Origin: Ignavibacteria bacterium
GTDB lineage: Bacteria > Bacteroidota > Ignavibacteria > Tepidaquicellales > OLB5
Direction of reading: 5' to 3'
NCBI GenBank assembly: GCA_025451455.1
Contig: JANWKI010000133.1
Location: forward strand, 1-63,319
DNA: 63,319 bases
Below the pieces are notes generated by a model that did no database searches, was not told the origin of the DNA, and worked only from the letters and a program-made list of their open reading frames with translations. How positions within the stretch are numbered: the first letter of the stretch is position 1; each line of letters starts with the position of its first letter. Positions 55,401 to 62,248 of the stretch are shown piece after piece. The translations under genes were made by a program, and so were the position numbers.

Positions 55401-57026
55401 TTCAAGCACTTCAAGCAGATCATCTTTTGGAGTCAGCTTATTTTCATTAAAACACTCGATCACCGAAACAACCTCGCTGCCATTGTTTATCGGTACTGCA
55501 AAAGCCGATTTCCATCCCATTTCCAGTGCATCATCTCTTCTGAGAAATATGTTATCTTTCTCAATATCCTGTATCCAGAGTGATTTTTCATTCCTCCATA
55601 CTATTCCCGGGAGGCCTTTACCCTTTTCAAGCCGGTATGATTCATCATACTTTCCGGTATATGTCGATGTATTTTTCTTTTTTGAGCTCCATGAGGAAGC
55701 AGGGTACAATGTGCTTCCGTTAGTTCTCCAGAGTACTCCAAAATGCCAGTCTACACCCTGGCAGATATCCTGAAGCACCTGGTTGAGGATATGTTCGGTT
55801 GAGCCCGGCTCCGTAAGTGTTTTTGATACTGAGTGCTGTATCCTCAGGTATCTTTCATTGATCTTTCTGGAGTGAATATCAATACAGCATCCGATATATC
55901 CTGCAAAATCATTGCCTTCGTATCTTGGAATTCCCTTATCAAATATCCATCTATACTCACCCATTGAATTCCGGAGCCGGTATTCCATTTCAAACGGTTC
56001 TTTCTTTTCGAAAGCCATAATGTATGTTTCCATGGTTTTCTGAAGATCTTCAGGATAAACACCCTCTGACCAGCCCGAACCAGTCTCCTCTTTCATAGTA
56101 CGTCCAGTGTAGTCAAGCCAGCCTTTGTTGAAATAATTACATTCTTTGTCCCGCCCGGACATCCAAATTAGTACAGGTGCAAAATCAGCCATAGTCCTGA
56201 ACCTTTCTTCGCTTTCCCTGAGAGAGTATTCGGCTTTTATCCTGCTGTTGATTTCCTGAATAAGGCTCTCATTGGCAAGGCTCAATTCAGCAGTTCTTTC
56301 CTCAACTTTATCTTCCAGTTCGTCATACGATCTCTTCAGAAGTTTTTCAGCTATATTCTTATTTTTTAATAACCTGTTCGAAATTACTAATGAAAGCCCG
56401 ATCACCAAAAAGGCAAGTACGCTTGTAAGAACAATAAATAACTGAATATTTTCTGATCCTGAATTTGCTTCCAGCCGCCTTTTTGTGAGGAGTTCAAGTT
56501 CATTGGATTTCACATCAGATGCAAGCTGATACACTTCTTCAAGATAATTCTGGGATATTATGATGAGGGGTGTCTGCTGTTCATTAACTATTCCGTTTGA
56601 TCTGAATAATGTTATAGTTGAATCAAGATAAAATATGTTTAACTTAGCAAGCGAATCCATCAGCAATATATAGGTGTGCTGCCGGGGGTTATCTTTGGTA
56701 AGTTCTTTGAGTACTGAAAGTTCATAATTTGCTTTGCTTTTGTTTTCGTTATAGCTGGCAAAGTATTTTTCATCCTTTTTCAGAATTAATCCCCGCCTGT
56801 TGATCTGCATTTCGGTCAAATGCATATTGACTGCTTCAGTATTTTTCTGCACTTCATTTGTATGATCGATCCACTCCATACTGGATTTATACTCATTTAT
56901 GTTCTGGTAGGTAATAATGCTGAGGATTATGAAAACAAGCAAAAAGACAATAAATGCCGAAGGAATGAACTTTTCCAAAGGCATCCTAACTGCCAGAGCT
57001 CTGAATTTTGGCACCAGTTTCTTCAT
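52476..57026 (-). CDS. 1516-aa multi-sensor histidine kinase (CHASE3-like, TM, PAS, GAF, PAS, GAF, three PAS, HisKA, HATPase)
   Basis: N-terminal TM-bounded periplasmic domain resembling CHASE3, then coiled coils. PAC-type motifs recur (EYRLRNSMGEYRWI, EYRIITKSGRLKF, and others). Two GAF-like blocks. H-box SSGIAHEIRNPL. ATPase G-boxes (IKVIDSGIGI, GTGLGLGLA). Confidence 0.88.
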   Translation of the reverse strand: MKKLVPKFRALAVRMPLEKFIPSAFIVFLLVFIILSIITYQNINEYKSSMEWIDHTNEVQKNTEAVNMHLTEMQINRRGLILKKDEKYFASYNENKSKANYELSVLKELTKDNPRQHTYILLMDSLAKLNIFYLDSTITLFRSNGIVNEQQTPLIIISQNYLEEVYQLASDVKSNELELLTKRRLEANSGSENIQLFIVLTSVLAFLVIGLSLVISNRLLKNKNIAEKLLKRSYDELEDKVEERTAELSLANESLIQEINSRIKAEYSLRESEERFRTMADFAPVLIWMSGRDKECNYFNKGWLDYTGRTMKEETGSGWSEGVYPEDLQKTMETYIMAFEKKEPFEMEYRLRNSMGEYRWIFDKGIPRYEGNDFAGYIGCCIDIHSRKINERYLRIQHSVSKTLTEPGSTEHILNQVLQDICQGVDWHFGVLWRTNGSTLYPASSWSSKKKNTSTYTGKYDESYRLEKGKGLPGIVWRNEKSLWIQDIEKDNIFLRRDDALEMGWKSAFAVPINNGSEVVSVIECFNENKLTPKDDLLEVLEAVGRQIGNFLERKKAEDKLRQSYSELEDRVRERTVELANTLNKLLSEIEYKEKIQNKLKLFGHAIKSIKECVYITDLDNNVLFVNSAFESLFGYYEEELKSKKNPVLFSEELSIPLREEIATRTIRSGWKGELKTVSKDNEPFYIYLSTSVIRNDEGKIEAIVGICQDITLSRIQEELIKKRNGLLKLLNDVITVANKSFELEISISYAINKVCQYTSFEIGHCYLVKEGKILWSAGIWNYDIDKKYELFVEESSEAAIAKGVGLIGTAYAEAKSIWIDINKTDVNTFTRKGTAQKMGLQTAICVPIMKQTEVIGILEFFISAHHPVDNEMLECISNIGIELGSLAERIAILEQIRTNEKHFKAVADTANDAIITVNRKGEIIYINNTVEKLFGYSSLEIINRKLEILMPERYIEKHRQAFESTVNTGHSKLTGQTLEFSGKRKNGEEFPIEISIAEWEINNEHYFTGMIKDITVRKEIEKELIDKQRSLIEAQKIARLGSWEWIINSNIVRWSDEMYSIFEVPAGTVITNEKYLELLDEDAKSERAEAMRKSLEEKKPFNYYLKIKTPRGKFKILNSLGEIEMNDRGESVRMVGTVIDVTELKEAEEKIRKSEKSLIEAQQIAKLGSWEFDLMTGRQVWSDEMYRIYGFSPGEIEPDYNAVLDMVHPADLEQITTITSQLLKKPGNLDLEYRIITKSGRLKFLNVGILVEYGTDSKPVRMYGSVQDITEIKLVEEELRETNEKLIEAQKELVHNEKLAALGRFSSGIAHEIRNPLANISALAQLLNKTKLDEKSRKHLSYILVNTDIANKIIKDLLNFASPEDLVFKEENISVIIDNLAESARPRCKESGVEIETDLPKELRLIKIDKVKFENAMLNFISNAIDAMPSGGKLTITAEEDSRVNGISIKVIDSGIGISPENIDKILEPFYTTKEEGTGLGLGLAYQTIKSHKGTLNIQSTLGKGTTVEIKLPIS

Positions 57027-57061
57027 TAGAAGTCAGTTTTTATAAAAAATCTATGTTTTTG

Positions 57062-57075
57062 CGACAAATATGTCA
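57062..57075. promoter_or_regulatory. putative enhancer (UAS) site c: CGACA-AATA-TGTCA
   Basis: One mismatch. Its centre is 59.5 nt upstream of the GG of promoter c, the same distance as in module a. Confidence 0.45.
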
Positions 57076-57126
57076 TAAAAAACTATCCCACTTACCAAAA
57101 TAACACCTAAAATAACAAAAAAGATT

Positions 57127-57141
57127 TGGCACATGAATTGT
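57127..57141 (+). promoter_or_regulatory. sigma-54-type promoter c: TGGCAC-ATGAA-TTGT
   Basis: Lies in the divergent region between the kinase (minus strand) and 57207 (plus strand), 66 nt upstream of an ATG with an AAAGGAGG site. Confidence 0.5.
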
Positions 57142-57206
57142 GTTATGACAAACTGAGTACATTCGTAAAATAGCAAATATTATAAAACAAATCAAAGGAG
57201 GTTGTA

Positions 57207-57359
57207 ATGGTAAATCTGAGAATTTCCGAAAATGATCTGGGATATTTAAGACTGCTAATCGATATCATTTCAGCAAATGAGAACGAAAATCAGCAGGAAA
57301 ATGAACAGGAAAGATCAATTCTGCCTATACAGATCAAAAAGGAAGATGTAATACACTAG
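57207..57359 (+). CDS. candidate 50-aa acidic protein (absent from the ORF track)
   Basis: MVNLRISENDLGYLRLLIDIISANENENQQENEQERSILPIQIKKEDVIH, preceded by AAAGGAGG at 57194-57201. Confidence 0.45.
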   Translation: MVNLRISENDLGYLRLLIDIISANENENQQENEQERSILPIQIKKEDVIH

Positions 57360-57409
57360 GAGAGTATGATTTATGCCAATATGGCAAATAGCTAATAAAT
57401 ATACAGATA

Positions 57410-57826
57410 ATGCCAAATTTAAATGTTTTAATATTGATCGTCGAAGATGATAAATACATGAATGAAACACTATGTGAAGTTCTGGAAGCTGAAGGCTATA
57501 ATGTGGAGTCAGCAACCAGCGCACTGGGTGCTATAAACAAACTAAAGCATAGTGATGAAGTTTTTCATATCCTCGTCCTCGATTATAATCTGCAGCACCT
57601 CAGAGGAATAACTGGACTGGATATTTTTGAAATTGCAAAGGAGGTTAATCCCAATGTAAAAGCGATAATGATCTCTGCCTACGGAAGGGATAAGAATATT
57701 AGAGAGAAAGCTCTTTCCATTGGCATAGAGACTTTTTTAGACAAACCATTCCTGATCACAGATCTGGTTGATACAATTGATGATCTTGCCAGGGATTTGA
57801 CCGAACATGGAAAAGTTCCATGTTAA
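57410..57826 (+). CDS. single-domain CheY-like response regulator receiver
   Basis: ILIVEDD...ILVLDYNL (phospho-acceptor Asp)...MISAYG...DKPF. No output domain. Confidence 0.8.
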   Translation: MPNLNVLILIVEDDKYMNETLCEVLEAEGYNVESATSALGAINKLKHSDEVFHILVLDYNLQHLRGITGLDIFEIAKEVNPNVKAIMISAYGRDKNIREKALSIGIETFLDKPFLITDLVDTIDDLARDLTEHGKVPC

Positions 57827-57884
57827 TTTTAAAATTAATCATTTATAAAAAATAAATCATTTAAAAAAGAAAGGATTTACTAAA

Positions 57885-58514
57885 ATGAAATCTACTAAAC
57901 TTATTATAATATTAATTGCTGCAATAATGGCATTTTCAACACTGGAGAATTATGCTCAGCAAAAACCGAATTCTACAGTTAAAAAAGAAACGACCTTAAA
58001 GAAAATGTATCCGCATGTTTCAATCGCACCGATTGGCGGAGCTATTTTCCCGTTGACCAGGCAGTTAAGAGATGAATTCAAGCCGGGTGGTTTGGTTGGC
58101 CTTGATATAGGTTACAGGATCAATAAAGAAATATCACTGCAGGGTAACTTTTCATACGTCTTCATGTCTTCAAAATTAACCGGGGCGCCTGTTGGAAATT
58201 ATCTTGAATTCAGTGCAGGACCCAGGTACTTCTTTATGCACCCAAAACTTAAATCAGCATTGTTTTTTGAAGCCGGTGTTGGCGCATACAATTTCAGGCA
58301 AAACAGCTATGTGAACGCCCAGGATACTAACGGGTCAGCAATTCCCCAGATCAACAATACAAAAGCCGGAATCAGCGGAGGTTTGGGTGTATCGCTTTCT
58401 TTGAGCGAGGCTATTGATATTCTTGTAAAAACAAATTATCACAACGTCTTTACACCTAACGGTTCACAGGGATTTATGACTGTAAACGGCGGACTTGAAT
58501 TCAGATTCAGATAA
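57885..58514 (+). CDS. outer-membrane beta-barrel protein (small porin/OmpW-like)
   Basis: Signal peptide, alternating hydrophobic beta-strand pattern and a C-terminal aromatic residue (GGLEFRFR). Confidence 0.6.
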   Translation: MKSTKLIIILIAAIMAFSTLENYAQQKPNSTVKKETTLKKMYPHVSIAPIGGAIFPLTRQLRDEFKPGGLVGLDIGYRINKEISLQGNFSYVFMSSKLTGAPVGNYLEFSAGPRYFFMHPKLKSALFFEAGVGAYNFRQNSYVNAQDTNGSAIPQINNTKAGISGGLGVSLSLSEAIDILVKTNYHNVFTPNGSQGFMTVNGGLEFRFR

Positions 58515-58530
58515 TTTATAATCTCACTTA

Positions 58531-58566
58531 TGCAGGCGGAGGAAAACTCCTCCGCCTGCATTTTAT
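58531..58566 (+). terminator. rho-independent terminator TGCAGGCGGAGG-AAAACT-CCTCCGCCTGCA-TTTTATT
   Basis: 12-bp perfect GC-rich stem plus a T-run, 17 nt after the stop. Confidence 0.8.
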
Positions 58567-58601
58567 TAAACTAAAAATCCAAAAATTAATTTATAATAAA
58601 A

Positions 58602-59240
58602 ATGAAAGCACTCGACATCTTTAAGAGAACTCTGTACATATTTTTAACAGTATTAATTGCAATGACATACTACAGCTGCGGAGAAGATGAAACGGTTACG
58701 CCGCCGCCGAATGATACAACCGTAGCAATATTTAACGATCTGGTCATCTCTGAAAGAACAATACCGTTTGACTCAGCCTTAAGCGGTGTGGATCTTAACA
58801 GGGGCAGAATTGTTCTGGACGGTGATTTCATTAAAGACGCGAATCTTGTTGATTCTATTTCTTTGGGAGATTCAAGCTTCTATTTCCGTTCAGGAGATCT
58901 CTCAGATATTCCGGTCCCGGGTTACCAGGCAAGATTTTCACTGATCTCTCTGATCTCATCGCAGAGCATATTTGATACCATGAAAGTAATTCCGGATTCT
59001 GATACAACGCTCTCGGAAAACGATTTTACAATGGATAATACATTGTCTTTCCGGGCACCCTTGGTTTTCACAAGCACATACGGATTCTATCTTAAAGGCA
59101 AATTTGATAACAATGTAACACCATACAGGGTGTTTGGAATAATTTATCTGGATTCTGCTTATTACGATGCTACAGGGTTTAAGTTGAAATTTGATGTTAA
59201 GATCAACAAATCAGGAGTAAACAGCTTTAAATCTCAATAA
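58602..59240 (+). CDS. hypothetical lipoprotein
   Basis: Signal peptide ending in YYSCGED (lipobox-like). No other motif. Confidence 0.5.
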   Translation: MKALDIFKRTLYIFLTVLIAMTYYSCGEDETVTPPPNDTTVAIFNDLVISERTIPFDSALSGVDLNRGRIVLDGDFIKDANLVDSISLGDSSFYFRSGDLSDIPVPGYQARFSLISLISSQSIFDTMKVIPDSDTTLSENDFTMDNTLSFRAPLVFTSTYGFYLKGKFDNNVTPYRVFGIIYLDSAYYDATGFKLKFDVKINKSGVNSFKSQ

Positions 59241-59264
59241 ATTATGAAAGGAGGGAATATCAAT

Positions 59265-59633
59265 ATGGAAAACAGGTCAGCTGCAAAAGATTTTTTCATC
59301 GGTTTCCTTGCCGGTGGTGTGATCGCGGGAGTAACTGCGCTGTTATACGCTCCAAAGAGCGGCAGGGAGTTTCGGAAAGATATTGATAAAAAACGAAAGG
59401 TAATGATAAATGATGCTGAGGAATACTGGGATACTGCCAAAACCAGGGCATCCGATTTCATTTCAGATAGCAAAAAAAGAGCTGAAGAGATCATTAAAGA
59501 TGCCGGGGGCAAAGCTTCGGCAATTGTGGGGCAGGGAAGGGATATTGTGAACGATGAAGCGGTGAAAATAAAAGACGCAGTAAAAGCCGGGGTAGATTCT
59601 TACCGGGAAGAAAGAAAAACCAACAGGCATTAA
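59265..59633 (+). CDS. YtxH-domain (general-stress-type) protein
   Basis: FFIGFLAGGVIAGVTALLYAPKSGREFRKDI followed by a charged helical tail. AAAGGAGGG at 59247-59255 favours the ATG at 59265 over 59244. Confidence 0.7.
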   Translation: MENRSAAKDFFIGFLAGGVIAGVTALLYAPKSGREFRKDIDKKRKVMINDAEEYWDTAKTRASDFISDSKKRAEEIIKDAGGKASAIVGQGRDIVNDEAVKIKDAVKAGVDSYREERKTNRH

Positions 59634-59673
59634 TTTAAGATACACGAAACATAATTAAACATTACCTGATAAC

Positions 59674-59814
59674 ATGGAACAATTAGAAGAAAAGTCACCT
59701 GAACTTCCGATACTTACTGATGATACGGAAGCGGAAGATGAAAATGAAGAAATATTCAAATGGCTCAGTATAGCTGTGCTGTTGATATGGATAATTTCAT
59801 TTTTTTTATTTTAG
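59674..59814 (+). CDS. candidate 46-aa tail-anchored acidic protein (absent from the ORF track)
   Basis: MEQLEEKSPELPILTDDTEAEDENEEIFKWLSIAVLLIWIISFFLF. No clear SD sequence, so weak. Confidence 0.3.
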   Translation: MEQLEEKSPELPILTDDTEAEDENEEIFKWLSIAVLLIWIISFFLF

Positions 59815-59839
59815 AAAATAATTCAGGAGTTCAAAAAAA

Positions 59840-59998
59840 ATGCTTTGGGTAATATTTACATTGCTCGTTATACTCTGGGCACTTGGTACAATTTCGAATA
59901 CACTTACGGGAAGCTATATACACTTCCTGTTACTTGCAGCAGTAGCTCTATTCATTTTCGGTATGCTGCAAAGAAAAAAAAAGAAAACAGAGCTATGA
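59840..59998 (+). CDS. second lmo0937-family mini membrane protein (52 aa; absent from the ORF track)
   Basis: MLWVIFTLLVILWALGTISNTLTGSYIHFLLLAAVALFIFGMLQRKKKKTEL is a paralog of 45223..45375. Its TGA (59996-59998) overlaps the sigma-factor ATG (59995-59997). Confidence 0.6.
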   Translation: MLWVIFTLLVILWALGTISNTLTGSYIHFLLLAAVALFIFGMLQRKKKKTEL

Positions 59999-60495
59999 GT
60001 AAAGAAGAAATGTTCAAAAATGAGGCTTATATTCACTATGGTTATTTTCTTAATATCGCAAAGAAAATGACGCATAATATCCCCGATGCCGAGGACCTTG
60101 TACAGGATACTTTCATAAGGGCGTTTAATTTCATTGATACATTCCAGCCGGGCACAAATTGCAGGGCGTGGCTTTACAGGATAATGAAGAACCTGTTCAT
60201 AAACCTGAGCCGGAAGAAAAATGCTCACCCGACACAGAGCCTGGAAGATTATCATTATGAAAAGGGCGGCGATACATATGAGCCAGATGCAACAATTTAC
60301 GAGATCATGAAAATGATCCAGGAAATAAAAGATGAATACAGGGCGGTAATAATATTATATCATCTGGAAGAATTTTCACTTAAAGAGATCTCAAAAACAC
60401 TTAAATGGCCGCTGGGAACTGTAAAAAGCAGGCTGCACAGAGCCAGAAGAGAATTCAAAAAAATATTAGTGAATTCCATAGAATATCCTTTTTAA
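59995..60495 (+). CDS. ECF (sigma-70 family group 4) RNA polymerase sigma factor
   Basis: Region 2 (DAEDLVQDTFIRAF...RAWLYRIMKNLFIN) and region 4 (LSLKEISKTLKWPLGTVKSRLHRARREF). The 216-aa ORF-track version adds an implausible N-terminus in the frame that overlaps the mini protein. Confidence 0.8.
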   Translation: MSKEEMFKNEAYIHYGYFLNIAKKMTHNIPDAEDLVQDTFIRAFNFIDTFQPGTNCRAWLYRIMKNLFINLSRKKNAHPTQSLEDYHYEKGGDTYEPDATIYEIMKMIQEIKDEYRAVIILYHLEEFSLKEISKTLKWPLGTVKSRLHRARREFKKILVNSIEYPF

Positions 60496-60511
60496 AAAGG
60501 AGGTAAATAAA

Positions 60512-60829
60512 ATGGGAGTTTTGGGTAATCAGCTTCATATCGAAGGGGAAAATAATGAGCTTTTCATTTATTTTCATCTTCATGAATTCAAGCTATTCAA
60601 AGCCCTTGAAGTACTTGAGGAATATATTAATACTTTTAAGAGCAGGGATTTTGAGAAAATAAATGTTTCCTTTTTGAACAAAGGCGTGCCAGGTGATCAT
60701 TTAAGCAATTTCCGGAGAACTAAAAATAAGGCAATAGGCAAAATTTTGAAGGGAATTAAATGTATTGATGCATGCTTTCATTCAAAGGATAACCTAAAGG
60801 TCTTTTATTTACCAAAGTTGTTCAACTGA
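60512..60829 (+). CDS. hypothetical protein downstream of the ECF sigma factor (no TM or zinc-finger anti-sigma signature)
   Basis: AAAGGAGG site 7 nt upstream of the ATG. 105 aa with no recognisable motif. Confidence 0.45.
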   Translation: MGVLGNQLHIEGENNELFIYFHLHEFKLFKALEVLEEYINTFKSRDFEKINVSFLNKGVPGDHLSNFRRTKNKAIGKILKGIKCIDACFHSKDNLKVFYLPKLFN

Positions 60830-61388
60830 TTTCAAATAATATGCAGAATAGTTCAGATAATCTTCTATCAGGGGATAGGTCCGTTAAGATTATGATATAC
60901 AAAGCAGCAATAGGGTTGATGGATCAGGCTGTCTCAATCCAGCTTTCCCCAAAGCACATTCCCACTTTTGATTCAGCTTCCCATAATATCCCGCAGGCAG
61001 GCCGTATGAGACTGCCTGTTGCTGCATTGTATCCGAAGCTGTGCAAATTTTGACGTTCACATTGTGTAAATTTTCATAACTTTCAGCTAATTTAAAAAGT
61101 TGTTTTCAGACTGTAAATCCACCTGGAAGTATTTAAAGGATTAGAAATTGATTTATGAAGGCGGGGTAAATATATATTCTGACCAAATAGAAGGGTATAT
61201 TTCAAAAGAATTTTAGAAACAAAAAAATCTTTCATGCTTGGTTTTTTCAGTTTTTAAGTGAACCCGATAATGGTTCTTCTTTTGCCCGCCTTCAATATTA
61301 AACAATGAGATACATACCCTTATAATTTATTTCGATCATGGCATCAGGAATTTCAAAGTACTTTACGAGTCAATTCATATGAATTCAG

Positions 61389-61406
61389 TGTGACAGATTT
61401 GTCACA
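61389..61406. promoter_or_regulatory. putative enhancer (UAS) site d: TGTGACA-GATT-TGTCACA (perfect, 7-bp arms)
   Basis: The core TGACA-N4-TGTCA is perfect. Its centre is 68.5 nt upstream of the GG of promoter d. Confidence 0.5.
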
Positions 61407-61464
61407 TGATTTTCAGGAAGCTTATTTTCGGGCTGAAAACTATCATCAAATGCAATTGAATATC

Positions 61465-61479
61465 TGGCACGATAATTGA
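61465..61479 (+). promoter_or_regulatory. sigma-54-type promoter d: TGGCAC-GATAA-TTGA
   Basis: Same GG-N10 spacing as the other three. Lies ~190 nt upstream of the ATG at 61671. Confidence 0.45.
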
Positions 61480-61670
61480 AGTATTATCTGCATAAATCGA
61501 TAATTCAAACAAAAAAAAATGATACTGGTCAAAACATTTCTTCAAATTGTAATTTCAACAATAAGCATTTTTTACATTATCTTAAGTTCAACGCAGTATT
61601 TTTTCGGAATTGCCGAAGTGCTGAACAGGCTGGCATCATTCATTCATTAATTAATTTAAAAGGAGAAATC

Positions 61671-62216
61671 ATGAAAACTTTGGTTAAGTCATTAATTGTT
61701 CTGACAATACTATTGTCATCAGGATCCTACTCACAGCTGAAAGAAAAAGATAACATGCTGGGTGGTTCTCTTGGATTCTGGGCAAAAGGCGAGGTCCCAA
61801 TGTTCGGAGTGAATTTTGAATCTCAAATATCACAGGCTGGAATAGGAACTATCGGTCTTGGCGGAATTTTCAGGTATTATTCATATTCTTTCGTCTATCC
61901 GAATAATGATTCAAGAAGATATTCTTTTTCATCTGTTGGTTTCCAGACTAATTACAATTTTAACCAGATAGGTGAAGGAAAATTTGTTCCATACCTGGGA
62001 ATTGTAGTAGGATACAATTATGTTAATACTACCTACACAGATTTTACAAGGAATGGAGTTTATGAATCTGATATTTCATACAGCAGTGGGGCATGGTTAT
62101 GGGGTCAGGCAGGTTTCAGATACTTTTTCAGTCCGTCTGTTGGAGGCTCAGTCAGAGTGGGTTTTGGTAACAACAATTTTAATACACTTGAACTGGGAAT
62201 GGATTTCAAGCTTTAA
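61671..62216 (+). CDS. outer-membrane beta-barrel protein
   Basis: AAAGGAGA site before the ATG at 61671. Signal peptide (MKTLVKSLIVLTILLSSGSYSQ), beta-strand pattern and C-terminus LELGMDFKL. The 61476 start in the ORF track adds 65 residues that do not look like protein. Confidence 0.6.
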   Translation: MKTLVKSLIVLTILLSSGSYSQLKEKDNMLGGSLGFWAKGEVPMFGVNFESQISQAGIGTIGLGGIFRYYSYSFVYPNNDSRRYSFSSVGFQTNYNFNQIGEGKFVPYLGIVVGYNYVNTTYTDFTRNGVYESDISYSSGAWLWGQAGFRYFFSPSVGGSVRVGFGNNNFNTLELGMDFKL

Positions 62217-62248
62217 ATTGGTTTAAATGAAAGGAGTACCATAGAGAA

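Noticed and set aside
59845-59994. N-terminal 50-residue extension of the sigma-factor ORF; likewise the long starts at 61476, 35751, 4196, 22190, 21322, 44332, 42444 and 17262
   Set aside because: The extensions use TTG/GTG or upstream ATG codons and encode sequence that does not look like protein or overlaps another gene. In each case they ignore a downstream ATG with a better SD sequence or signal peptide.
60841-61053. 70-aa plus-strand ORF
   Set aside because: It has no SD sequence, atypical composition and an open frame on the opposite strand. I treated it as part of a possibly structured or decayed non-coding region.
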